IMG/VR virus record: IMGVR_UViG_3300032050_000011
Length of the DNA: 64,000 nucleotides
Reading direction: 5' to 3' (one strand)
Origin: a virus
The translations under genes and the position numbers were made by a program. The stretch's first letter is position 1. Every line of letters starts with the position of its first letter. Shown piece by piece: positions 51,687 to 59,365 of this stretch. Under the pieces are notes generated by a model. That model was not told the DNA's origin, did not search any database, and was given only the letters and a program-made list of their open reading frames with translations.

Positions 51687-51849
51687 AGCACGCAAGACTA
51701 TCTGGGCCACTATCGGCAGACTCTTCGTCTGTGACGAGGTGACGATCTGGATTTTCTCAGCAGACGATATGATAGAGGCGAACCGGCTGCCTGATGGCAG
51801 CGGAAGCAGACTCTATTATTGCGGCGTAGCGCATGGTATAGAACCATGA
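51673..51849 (+). CDS. 58-aa micro-protein (TIGRLFV)
   Basis: Fills the gap; ATGA overlap with the next gene. Confidence 0.5.
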   Translation: MTDFEARKTIWATIGRLFVCDEVTIWIFSADDMIEANRLPDGSGSRLYYCGVAHGIEP

Positions 51850-52010
51850 GCTGGCGTGAGCTCATGGCGGGCGAAGATATGCGAGTGGTGCGAGATATGT
51901 TTCTCACGGTGCAGCGGCTGGATTTGCTCGATAGAGCCACGTCGTTTCAGGAGTTTGTGGACTGGATGGGAGCGCTGAGCTGGTATGCATCAACCTATAA
52001 GCCTAGATAA
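51846..52010 (+). CDS. 54-aa micro-protein (TVQRLDL)
   Basis: ATGA-coupled start within track ORF 51819..52010. Confidence 0.55.
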   Translation: MSWRELMAGEDMRVVRDMFLTVQRLDLLDRATSFQEFVDWMGALSWYASTYKPR

Positions 52011-52248
52011 TTTTGACGCGATGATGCGGCTGCTAGATGTGTTTAATGCTCTGGGTATTCTGGAGGGAATGGACTATCTGGTGGTCTGGGAGAAGAGGCC
52101 GAAGCTGACGCTGAATAGGCTGGGTAATTTTGAGTTTGTGAATCCTCAGGAAGTCTATGGCGCGAGTTTGAGTTTCTGGGACGACGCAGGTCGTGTGGTG
52201 GCCACGAGAAGATTTACGCTAGTGGAGCGGTTTGATGATGAGTATTGA
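51985..52248 (+). CDS. 87-aa protein (VFNALGI)
   Basis: Track ORF; GGAG upstream. Confidence 0.6.
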   Translation: MHQPISLDNFDAMMRLLDVFNALGILEGMDYLVVWEKRPKLTLNRLGNFEFVNPQEVYGASLSFWDDAGRVVATRRFTLVERFDDEY

Positions 52249-52315
52249 TGAAGAGTTCTATGTAGAGTTGAGCATGTGGTTTACGCTGTTGAGGCTGGGG
52301 TTGGCTGAGTTATGA
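52238..52315 (+). CDS. 25-aa micro-protein (TLLRLGL)
   Basis: GGAG SD; ATGA overlap with the next gene. Confidence 0.5.
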   Translation: MSIDEEFYVELSMWFTLLRLGLAEL

Positions 52316-52440
52316 GTAGAGTTGATCTAGAGCATCTGTTGTATATTCTAGAGTTCATAGATAAGCTGGATGTTATAAAGCACGAGATGAGTCAGTGTTC
52401 GAGTTGGCGAGGCGGCGGTTATTTCTGGCCACGCTGTTAA
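52312..52440 (+). CDS. 42-aa micro-protein (FIDKLDV)
   Basis: ATGA-coupled; hand-translated. Confidence 0.55.
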   Translation: MSRVDLEHLLYILEFIDKLDVIKHEMSQCSSWRGGGYFWPRC

Positions 52441-52734
52441 AAAATAATAAAAAAATATTATAAAAAAATTAGGGTACCGGTACCTCTGTGTTTGATCTAT
52501 TAGGGATCAGAGGCCAGTGGGCCCTATTTTTATGAAAAAGTGCTCTGCCAGAGTTCGCAGGGTACCAGAACCTGACCGGCTCGAAGTAAGGTTAGATGGT
52601 TTAGAGGTTACCCGGTCCTAACCGGTTAAATTTTTTTAAACCTGTTAAAACTGTTTTATAATTTTAAACCGGCTCGATATAGTCTACGAGGCCGGTGGCG
52701 GGCAGCGCCTGCGCAAGGGTTGCCGGTCTAGACT

Positions 52735-52811
52735 GACTCGATCTAATAACAACAAAGCAAGCATAAAGCTTGCCAACTAGGGGGTTATATGAATCAGCGT
52801 AAAGCAACTGT
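52735..52811 (+). repeat. 77-bp exact repeat (motif + hairpin leader + SD + gene start) = 53765..53841
   Basis: gactcgatctaataacaacaaagcaagcataaagcttgccaactagggggttatatgaatcagcgtaaagcaactgt at both loci. Confidence 0.9.
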
Positions 52812-53280
52812 GTCTGCGATCCTGTTCGTTCTCTCTGACAAAGGCATCAGCTACGAGTTCAACGGTCCTGTGAATGCGAGTGATCTCATGACCGAGAATG
52901 ATAGGTCTAAGACAGTAGACATGATCTGCAAGGGTTTTCTAGAAGGCGAGGTCGAGATGAGCGATGAAGGCAAGGCCAAGTATTTCACTCAGCCGACAGA
53001 GCTAAGAAAGTATGTAGTTGGCCTTGTTAACAACTGGCTACGTAAGGCGCCAGAACTAAACGGTGGCCAGAAGTATCAGGTGAAAAACCCTGGTTCTAGA
53101 GCAGGATCTGGAAACGAGACGATTAAAGCTCTTAAGCAACTGCTGACGATAACCGATGACCAGGACGCGAGACGAGCGATTGAAGCCGAGATCGCTAGCC
53201 AACTCGAGACCATCAAACCCAAAGTCGAGATAAACTTCGACGCCATCCCAGCTCACCTACGCCATCTGCTAGACAGATAG
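52789..53280 (+). CDS. Hypothetical early protein, paralogue A1
   Basis: Shares GE.EMSDEGK.KYF.QP.EL.KYV.GL.NNW.RK...NGG...KNPGSR and IPAHLRHL with A2 and A3. Confidence 0.85.
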   Translation: MNQRKATVSAILFVLSDKGISYEFNGPVNASDLMTENDRSKTVDMICKGFLEGEVEMSDEGKAKYFTQPTELRKYVVGLVNNWLRKAPELNGGQKYQVKNPGSRAGSGNETIKALKQLLTITDDQDARRAIEAEIASQLETIKPKVEINFDAIPAHLRHLLDR

Positions 53281-53287
53281 GTCAATC

Positions 53288-53315
53288 GGGGGACGAAAGT
53301 CCCCCTCTTTTTTTT
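53288..53315 (+). terminator. Intrinsic terminator GGGGGAC-GAAA-GTCCCCC + T-tract
   Basis: Perfect stem with GNRA loop. Confidence 0.85.
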
Positions 53316-53387
53316 GACACTGCTACGCCAGCAAGCCAGCTCAGACAGACTCGATATACTAATATGAGATTAATAAAGGGGGGTTTT

Positions 53388-53567
53388 ATGGAAGAGAGTT
53401 ATAATGATAGTGTTCTTGATCAGATGATAGTCAGTCATGAGTGGAATCAGAATGGCAGAGTGTTTAAGAATCAGTCAGAGTTAGAGGATTATAAGAAGAG
53501 GGCGATAGAGTTCTTTGGAGATCGAGAAGAGGTGGTGAAGTATCTGGAGTACTGGAGGAAAGGGTAG
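53388..53567 (+). CDS. 59-aa hypothetical early protein
   Basis: Strong GGGGGG SD before ATG 53388. Confidence 0.7.
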   Translation: MEESYNDSVLDQMIVSHEWNQNGRVFKNQSELEDYKKRAIEFFGDREEVVKYLEYWRKG

Positions 53568-53818
53568 GCTCTGCCTGTCCTCTCCTCTATATATTGACAC
53601 TGCTACGCCAGCAGGCTAGCAAGCCAGCTCAGACAGACTCGATATATAAACAACAACCAGATGGTTGTAAAAGTCCTGTATGGACATTGGCTTGGGCTAG
53701 CTTATTAGCATCCGGTGGGCAGTTGGCAGTTCAGACACCTAAAATGATGAACTGCACTTTAACAGACTCGATCTAATAACAACAAAGCAAGCATAAAGCT
53801 TGCCAACTAGGGGGTTAT

Positions 53819-54310
53819 ATGAATCAGCGTAAAGCAACTGTAGCAGCTATTGTTAGTGTACTAGCAGATCGCGGAGTGGCCTATGAGTTTGATGGTCCGG
53901 TCTCTGCAGCAGATATGATGACCAGTGCAGATAAAGAGAAGACAGTCGACATCATCTGCAAGGGTTTTATGAGTGGCGAGGTAGAGATGAGTGACGAGGG
54001 TAAGACCAAGTATTTCTCTCAGCCAGCAGAGCTAAGAAAGTATGTGGTTGGCCTTGTTAACAACTGGCTGCGTAAGGCCACCGAGCTGAATGGTGGCCAG
54101 AAGTATCAGGTGAAAAACCCTGGCAGTCGCAAAGGCTCTAGCAACGAGACAGTCAGAGCCCTTCGCCAGCTCTTGGCTATCACTAGCGATTCAGAAGCGA
54201 AGCAGGCTATCGAAGCCGAGATCGCTAGTCAGCTAGAAAGCCTTAAGCCAAAGGTCGAGATAAATAGTGATGCGATCCCAGCCCACCTAAGACATCTGAT
54301 TAAGTTCTAG
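53819..54310 (+). CDS. Hypothetical early protein, paralogue A2
   Basis: Same motifs as A1. Confidence 0.85.
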   Translation: MNQRKATVAAIVSVLADRGVAYEFDGPVSAADMMTSADKEKTVDIICKGFMSGEVEMSDEGKTKYFSQPAELRKYVVGLVNNWLRKATELNGGQKYQVKNPGSRKGSSNETVRALRQLLAITSDSEAKQAIEAEIASQLESLKPKVEINSDAIPAHLRHLIKF

Positions 54311-54315
54311 CTAGT

Positions 54316-54342
54316 AGGCGGGACGAAAGTCCCGCCTTTTTT
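54316..54342 (+). terminator. Intrinsic terminator AGGCGGGAC-GAAA-GTCCCGCCT + T-tract
   Basis: Perfect 9-bp stem. Confidence 0.85.
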
Positions 54343-54434
54343 GACACTGCTACGCCAGCGAGCCAGCTCAGACAGACTCGATATATAAACATGAATGAGA
54401 TGAATAGGTCATCTCAGCAGCTAGGAGGTCAGCT

Positions 54435-54737
54435 TTGATAACAACCAATGACATGTTGGCAGTTCTTGAGAGTTTTGAGAGTGCGCCCAGTGCACACATC
54501 CTGGTGAAGAGTTTTGTGACTGCAGTATCAGAAGAAGAGATTGATGAGATCTATTCAGCCAGCGAAGGCTTTAATGACCAGCAGACAGAGTCGATACTTA
54601 GTGAGATGGATAAGAGTCAGATGACTGAGCTGGTTGAGCATTTTAGACAGATAGCTGAAGAGCTGAGAGAGGCTATGGAGCCTGAGGACTTCGAAGAGAG
54701 CTATGGCGAGGCAACCAGATTGCTGGAGAACTTCTAG
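54435..54737 (+). CDS. Acidic 100-aa early protein
   Basis: AGGAGG SD, TTG start, Glu-rich. Confidence 0.75.
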   Translation: MITTNDMLAVLESFESAPSAHILVKSFVTAVSEEEIDEIYSASEGFNDQQTESILSEMDKSQMTELVEHFRQIAEELREAMEPEDFEESYGEATRLLENF

Positions 54738-54740
54738 ACC

Positions 54741-54764
54741 GGAGGGCGAAAGCCCTCCTTTTTT
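54741..54764 (+). terminator. Intrinsic terminator GGAGGGC-GAAA-GCCCTCC + T-tract
   Basis: Perfect 7-bp stem. Confidence 0.85.
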
Positions 54765-54860
54765 GACACTGCTACGCCAGCAGGCCTAGGCTGACAGACA
54801 GAGCGCGCACACTCCTCGACAGACTCGATATACAAACATGAGATAAAAAGGGGGGAATTT

Positions 54861-55019
54861 ATGGAAAGACTGCAGCTGATTCAGGCTATCGAGCTACTAG
54901 AGTATAAGGCAAAGGTCTATGCAGAGTTCTGGGGACCCGGCAGTGCAGAAGTAGTCATGATCGGCTACGAGATTAGCGAGCTTAAGTTTAAGCTGCTTGA
55001 CCTTATGATCGAGAATTGA
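54861..55019 (+). CDS. 52-aa protein, paralogue B1 (WGPG)
   Basis: MERLQLIQAIELLE...EFWGPGSAEV; similar leader and sequence to 57341..57505. Confidence 0.75.
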   Translation: MERLQLIQAIELLEYKAKVYAEFWGPGSAEVVMIGYEISELKFKLLDLMIEN

Positions 55020-55023
55020 CCGT

Positions 55024-55125
55024 TCGCGCAAGCGATAATTTGGCGGCTGATGAGGTCAACCGCACGCTGAAGCTCCGAGGGAGCTGCTCTTTAAACGCCA
55101 GGCTTCAGCGACCCAAAGCTCCCTC
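55024..55125 (+). ncRNA. Candidate structured RNA (GNRA hairpin, two stems, possible pseudoknot)
   Basis: TCGC-GCAA-GCGA hairpin; 55043-50 pairs with 55056-63; 55065-74 with 55101-110; loop 55077-85 is complementary to 55117-25. Confidence 0.4.
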
Positions 55126-55199
55126 ACCTTATAAAAAACCGACTCGATTTATTCATATGCCGAAGCACTAGCGCCTCGGCTGTAACTAAGGGGTTAAAA

Positions 55200-55685
55200 A
55201 TGGTAAATCAAAAGAGAGCAGTCACAAACGCGGTCCTTAAAGTCAAGCCAGACTATGTCCTGAACGGCGACGTGACTCTAGCCAGCGTGCTCACAGACAG
55301 CGACAAGGCAGAGCTGAAGCAGATACTCATCAGCGGCTTCCTAGAAGGCGAGATAGAGATGAGCGACGAAGGCAAGACCAAGTATTTCTCTCAGCCAGCA
55401 GAGTTGGCTAAGTATGTCACCGGCCTAATCAACAACTGGGTTAGGAAGAACTCAGAGTTCAATGGCGGCGGCAGCTTCAGCTACACAGCCAAGAATCCTG
55501 GATCCCGCCGTGGTTCCAGCAATGAGACAGTCAGAGCCCTTCGCCAGCTACTGGCAATAACAACAGACCAAGAGGCTAGACAGGCTATCGAAACAGAGAT
55601 CACTAGTCAGCTAGAAAGCCTTAAGCCAAAGGTCGAGATCAAGATCGAGGCTATCCCAGCCCACCTAAGACATCTGTTAGGCTAG
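55200..55685 (+). CDS. Hypothetical early protein, paralogue A3
   Basis: Same motifs as A1; N-terminus more diverged. Confidence 0.85.
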   Translation: MVNQKRAVTNAVLKVKPDYVLNGDVTLASVLTDSDKAELKQILISGFLEGEIEMSDEGKTKYFSQPAELAKYVTGLINNWVRKNSEFNGGGSFSYTAKNPGSRRGSSNETVRALRQLLAITTDQEARQAIETEITSQLESLKPKVEIKIEAIPAHLRHLLG

Positions 55686-55694
55686 TCATCTAGC

Positions 55695-55726
55695 AGGCAG
55701 GAGCATAACACTCCTGCCTTTTTTTT
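55695..55726 (+). terminator. Intrinsic terminator AGGCAGGAG-CATAACA-CTCCTGCCT + T-tract
   Basis: 9-bp stem and T-tract. Confidence 0.8.
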
Positions 55727-55924
55727 GACACTGCTACGCCGCGGGAGCTCAGTTGGCCTGCCACTAGCCTGACATCCGGCAGGCGCGCGTGACCGACGTG
55801 AGCCAGAGCATGGGACGAGGCTGTTCGCGGCTAGACCCCCACCCTCTTCGCCTACACACGCCAGTAATATTAATCACTTGTATAACTCCAACAGATTCGA
55901 TATGACACCCGGAGAGGTGCATTC

Positions 55925-56152
55925 ATGGTGGTTTATGAAGCAGATTTAGAGCGCTCGCTAGTAGGTCTAGGCGGTCTAGCCTCTGAGAGCTCTAGTAGCA
56001 ATTCTAAAGTTGACGAAGTCGAAGCCTCGTCCCAGGCAGGTGAGGCTTCTAGCTCTCCAAGTAGGGCTGATACCTATGTAGAAGCAGACAAGCTCCTAGG
56101 TCTTCTGATTAGCTTTATGATGGGCAGAATACTGTCTAGACTAGGTATATAG
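55925..56152 (+). CDS. 75-aa protein (ends ILSRLGI)
   Basis: GAGGT SD; track ORF. Confidence 0.6.
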   Translation: MVVYEADLERSLVGLGGLASESSSSNSKVDEVEASSQAGEASSSPSRADTYVEADKLLGLLISFMMGRILSRLGI

Positions 56153-56166
56153 TGAGGTAGTAAGTT

Positions 56167-56298
56167 ATGTGTCTAGACTTTAGACTAACGATGCTAGTGC
56201 TTGATATGCTGCTGCGAATAGGCGTTGCAACAGGATCAGGGCGAGTTCAATCTCTATATAGCAAAAGGAGTAACCTCTTATGGAAGCAATCGAAATAA
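56167..56298 (+). CDS. 43-aa micro-protein (MLLRIGV)
   Basis: GAGGT SD; hand-translated. Confidence 0.55.
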   Translation: MCLDFRLTMLVLDMLLRIGVATGSGRVQSLYSKRSNLLWKQSK

Positions 56299-56486
56299 TC
56301 AAAACCATCGCACTCCTATGTCAAATAACGGTAGCAACCTCCGGGGTAGCCAGAGACGCAAGGTTAAGCTCAGAAGAAGCTCAAAAAGACTGTCACAAAT
56401 ATTATGCCAAATGTATCCATAGCCCCAGAGCAAGAATGTCATACGATATGGCAGATGACCTCAGAAAGTGCATGGAAAAACGGTAA
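56280..56486 (+). CDS. 68-aa Cys-containing, possibly exported protein
   Basis: AAGGAG SD; hydrophobic N-terminus; 4 Cys. Confidence 0.65.
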   Translation: MEAIEIIKTIALLCQITVATSGVARDARLSSEEAQKDCHKYYAKCIHSPRARMSYDMADDLRKCMEKR

Positions 56487-56508
56487 ATCGCACGAACTGG
56501 AGTAGATT

Positions 56509-56607
56509 ATGGTGGCAATAACTAGTAGAAAAACTACACGTCTAAGATACTGGATGAGCTGGGTTATGCTAGATATAGTAGCTAGGCTAGGTATAGGAGA
56601 TGAGTAG
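56509..56607 (+). CDS. 32-aa micro-protein (IVARLGI)
   Basis: GGAG SD; hand-translated. Confidence 0.55.
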   Translation: MVAITSRKTTRLRYWMSWVMLDIVARLGIGDE

Positions 56608-56608
56608 T

Positions 56609-56776
56609 ATGACAGAGCTATGTGACTTTCAAGGAAAGGCTCTGCTGCGCTATCGGAGAAAGGTTATGGAGCGCTGCTTTTTAGTGGCGCTGTTTAAACT
56701 AGAACTGATAACTAGCAGTCAACTAGTAAGCATGGGCAATATAAGCTGGCTACGGGTAGGTAGACCCTATGGATAA
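56609..56776 (+). CDS. 55-aa micro-protein (ALFKLEL), tandem paralogue of the next gene
   Basis: FQG...RY.RK...R.F.VALF.LE.IT.S.L is shared with 56769..56951. Confidence 0.7.
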   Translation: MTELCDFQGKALLRYRRKVMERCFLVALFKLELITSSQLVSMGNISWLRVGRPYG

Positions 56777-56951
56777 GTTAACTGGATTTCAGGGGAGGAC
56801 TATGTGTCGCTATGAGAGAAAGATTGCGATGCGCTATTTTATAGTGGCGCTATTTAGACTAGAGATAATAACGGGCAGCGATCTAGAGGCTATAGCGAGC
56901 CGGAACTGCGAGCTCATAAATCACGAGATTATGTGGAGTTTTTTAAACTAG
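56769..56951 (+). CDS. 60-aa micro-protein (ALFRLEI)
   Basis: Track ORF; paralogue of the previous gene. Confidence 0.7.
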   Translation: MDKLTGFQGRTMCRYERKIAMRYFIVALFRLEIITGSDLEAIASRNCELINHEIMWSFLN

Positions 56952-56961
56952 GGAGGTCTAG

Positions 56962-57135
56962 ATGTTCTATGAGAAAAGAATTCAGCGAAAGGTCTCTAGA
57001 GAGCGAGATCAGCTAAACAAGATGACTAGGTGTATAAGCATCATGCTGGCTATGAGCAAGTTAGGCATTCTAAATAAGAGAGACTACAGCTCTTTTAGAG
57101 AACGAGTGCTCAGGCTATTCAACAGTGATTTCTAG
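56962..57135 (+). CDS. 57-aa micro-protein (AMSKLGI)
   Basis: GGAGGT SD; hand-translated. Confidence 0.65.
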   Translation: MFYEKRIQRKVSRERDQLNKMTRCISIMLAMSKLGILNKRDYSSFRERVLRLFNSDF

Positions 57136-57150
57136 CAGGCTGAACTAGAC

Positions 57151-57282
57151 ATGGACAGCGAAGGCGATCTACTACTGCTTAAAACTATATGGGGAATGGC
57201 ATTTGTTCTTGTAGTTTTTGAATTTAGAGGCTACAGGAAAGCAATCTGGATAAATACTCTGCATAAAATTAGTATAGTTTGA
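57151..57282 (+). CDS. 43-aa micro-protein (TLHKISI)
   Basis: Hand-translated; weak SD. Confidence 0.45.
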   Translation: MDSEGDLLLLKTIWGMAFVLVVFEFRGYRKAIWINTLHKISIV

Positions 57283-57340
57283 GAGGTCTAGGTCTGCTAC
57301 AACAGATTCGATATAAACACATGAGATAAAAGGGGGATTT

Positions 57341-57505
57341 ATGGAAAAGCAACGGCTTATTGAGAAGATTGAAGAGCTTGAGAAGCGACTAGATGTTCAC
57401 TGGGAGTTGTGGGGTCCAGGCTGTGTTGAGGTGGCAGAACTAAAGGCAGAGATCTATGAGGCCAACATGCAGCTAATCGACTGTATAGCAGAGGAGGTGG
57501 CATGA
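57341..57505 (+). CDS. 54-aa protein, paralogue B2 (WGPG)
   Basis: MEKQRLIEKIEELE...ELWGPGCVEV; GGGGG SD. Confidence 0.75.
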   Translation: MEKQRLIEKIEELEKRLDVHWELWGPGCVEVAELKAEIYEANMQLIDCIAEEVA

Positions 57506-57744
57506 GACTGGTTTTGCACACTATGAAGTATCCGCTATATACGGTGTTCTTCTCGCTAGCAGACGACGAAACTATAGCAGAGAGTCCTGACTTCTATGAG
57601 CTAGAGGATGCGCTGGAATTCTTTAACTCTGTAGCGAGTGATTTCAAGCAGATTAACAGATACGACTCCTATGAGTCAAAAACCAAGGTTATCTTACAAA
57701 CAACTGCAAGTGCAGAAAGGAGCGGCTATGGGCTATTTGTATGA
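57502..57744 (+). CDS. 80-aa hypothetical protein
   Basis: GAGGAGG SD; ATGA overlap. Confidence 0.75.
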   Translation: MRLVLHTMKYPLYTVFFSLADDETIAESPDFYELEDALEFFNSVASDFKQINRYDSYESKTKVILQTTASAERSGYGLFV

Positions 57745-57928
57745 GAATGACGGCTTGCCTTATAAGCTTACAGTAAACCTAGAAAACGAGTTTGGCTTTA
57801 GCGAGTTCGATGAGCTGCCAGACGACGGCGAGTTCGAGAACATCGATCAAGAGGTTCTTGCACTAGACTTCGAGAACCTAGATGTAGGCGATGAGCTAGA
57901 AGACTACAGTGATGACTTTGAAGAATAG
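57728..57928 (+). CDS. 66-aa extremely acidic protein
   Basis: AAGGAG SD before ATG 57728; 24 D/E against 1 K. Confidence 0.7.
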   Translation: MGYLYENDGLPYKLTVNLENEFGFSEFDELPDDGEFENIDQEVLALDFENLDVGDELEDYSDDFEE

Positions 57929-57940
57929 CTAGCACTAGCG

Positions 57941-57973
57941 CCAGCAGCCAGTTAAACTGCGCTGCTGGTTTTT
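57941..57973 (+). terminator. Intrinsic terminator CCAGCAGC...GCTGCTGG + T-tract
   Basis: 8-bp outer stem followed by TTTTT. Confidence 0.6.
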
Positions 57974-58056
57974 TACATTTCTATACCAGAGCTGGCTTCG
58001 GCAGGCCCGATATAAACGCGTGGTTGATAATTCAGTCAGCCTAACTAGGGAGCAGC

Positions 58057-58341
58057 ATGTCTAAGTTGCTAAGTGTATCAGTCAGATATGAAGGCGATAT
58101 CAATAGCTTTGTCAGCCTGCGCTATGCCGATGGCAGCGAGCAGCATTTCAGCTCTATAGAAGGTCCCTGGGAAGATGACGCCAGCGGCAGCAGAGTTTTC
58201 GAAACTGACCCAGTAATGGATAACTTTCTTCGCTCTATCTGGGAAAAGCACGCAGCAGACTCAGACACAATTTCAGAGCTAGAGCTTGACAGTGAGCTCA
58301 ACTTGATATCTAGAGTAGACGAACCAGCTTTTGAGCAATAG
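58057..58341 (+). CDS. 94-aa acidic hypothetical protein
   Basis: Hairpin leader and AGGGAG SD; followed by a CGAGGC-GAAA-GCCTCG hairpin. Confidence 0.75.
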   Translation: MSKLLSVSVRYEGDINSFVSLRYADGSEQHFSSIEGPWEDDASGSRVFETDPVMDNFLRSIWEKHAADSDTISELELDSELNLISRVDEPAFEQ

Positions 58342-58406
58342 ATCTAGGCGAGGCGAAAGCCTCGTACTCTAGCAGGCAGTATATTTATACCATCAAAGGA
58401 TCTAGT

Positions 58407-58628
58407 ATGAACGAGACTACACGGCAAAAACTAATAGATATGCTATCTGACTATACAGAGAGTTCATTTGATCTTAGTGATCATATTAACTATGGCAGTA
58501 GTTTTAAAGGACTCTACAATATGACTGACCAAGAGCTAGTAGAAGAGTATGAGATGTATGCAGATGATGATGACGAGTTGCTAGCTGAATCCCGAGCAGC
58601 TCTAGCTATAGACAAGATGCTGGAATAG
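58407..58628 (+). CDS. 73-aa acidic hypothetical protein
   Basis: AAGGA SD. Confidence 0.75.
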   Translation: MNETTRQKLIDMLSDYTESSFDLSDHINYGSSFKGLYNMTDQELVEEYEMYADDDDELLAESRAALAIDKMLE

Positions 58629-58632
58629 CTCT

Positions 58633-58743
58633 ATGACTGACCGTATGGCTACATACATGCTCTGGCATTTTTTATGGCGGATAGAGATAATAGGCGACGA
58701 AGTTAACTGGAAACTAGGCAGCAGAGGAAGATACTGCGACTAG
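58633..58743 (+). CDS. 36-aa micro-protein (FLWRIEI)
   Basis: Hand-translated. Confidence 0.5.
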   Translation: MTDRMATYMLWHFLWRIEIIGDEVNWKLGSRGRYCD

Positions 58744-58761
58744 AAAAGAAGCGCTGGCTAA

Positions 58762-58887
58762 ATGAATAAGCGTATAGAAGAAGGAGTTATCTATGCAGTA
58801 TGGCGCCTAGGCCTACTAGACTACTATGAGGCTAGAATTATGTTTAGTATTATAGCGGTAAGACGAATGTATGAAGACTGGGAATGA
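58762..58887 (+). CDS. 41-aa micro-protein (AVWRLGL)
   Basis: EE..IY....LG.LD...A is similar to the next gene. Confidence 0.55.
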   Translation: MNKRIEEGVIYAVWRLGLLDYYEARIMFSIIAVRRMYEDWE

Positions 58888-59020
58888 GGGCGCCGCGTAT
58901 CTAGAAGAGCGCATGATATTCCTGCTGCGCAAGCTAGGCGTTATAGATCACAGCGATGCCTTAATTCTGCTTAGTCTGCTGCTGCGGCACTTCTATGATG
59001 ATTACACTGAGGAGGACTAG
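58871..59020 (+). CDS. 49-aa micro-protein (LLRKLGV)
   Basis: Hand-translated. Confidence 0.55.
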   Translation: MKTGNEGAAYLEERMIFLLRKLGVIDHSDALILLSLLLRHFYDDYTEED

Positions 59021-59032
59021 CTGAGGAATAGA

Positions 59033-59146
59033 ATGTATAATGGCAATGAATTTAAACGTTTAGCAAAAGTTCTGCTCAAGCTTGAAGTCATCAATGAATC
59101 TGCTTATTGGAGTATACTAATGAGCGGTGTAATAGTCTGGGAGTAA
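59033..59146 (+). CDS. 37-aa micro-protein (VLLKLEV)
   Basis: GAGGA SD. Confidence 0.6.
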   Translation: MYNGNEFKRLAKVLLKLEVINESAYWSILMSGVIVWE

Positions 59147-59149
59147 GCC

Positions 59150-59365
59150 ATGAGAATAATTATGTTAGTGTTAGCCATAAGCTGTACTAGTATATCTAAG
59201 CGAGAAGTCTATTATCTAGTGACTACTGATCATACCGTCTACAGATGCAGCGAATATCATCATGGAGCCTATGGAGCATCAGCTCTAGACTGCCTAGACT
59301 TGTCTACAAGCGAGCACATAGATCTGATAGCAAATCCCTATAACATAAAGGAAGTGGAGAAATGA
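59150..59365 (+). CDS. Putative small lipoprotein
   Basis: MRIIMLVLAISC is lipobox-like; GGAG SD. Confidence 0.55.
   Translation: MRIIMLVLAISCTSISKREVYYLVTTDHTVYRCSEYHHGAYGASALDCLDLSTSEHIDLIANPYNIKEVEK

Larger units (their letters stand above)
53314..55740 (+). repeat. Five copies of TTGACACTGCTACGCC(AGC) at 53314, 53594, 54341, 54763 and 55725
   Basis: 16 bp identical in all five and 19 bp in four; each lies directly after a terminator-like hairpin. Confidence 0.9.

Noticed and set aside
53314-53360. Canonical sigma70 promoter TTGACA...TATACT
   Set aside because: The spacing is 35 nt and varies between copies; only the 54763 copy has a plausible -10 at 18 nt.
55047-55054. Hammerhead ribozyme core CTGATGAG
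   Set aside because: No downstream GAAA with the required stem II/III arrangement.
53314-55740. CRISPR array from the five TTGACACTGCTACGCC repeats
   Set aside because: The repeats are only 16-19 bp and are separated by 280-960 bp containing genes; no cas genes are present in the window.
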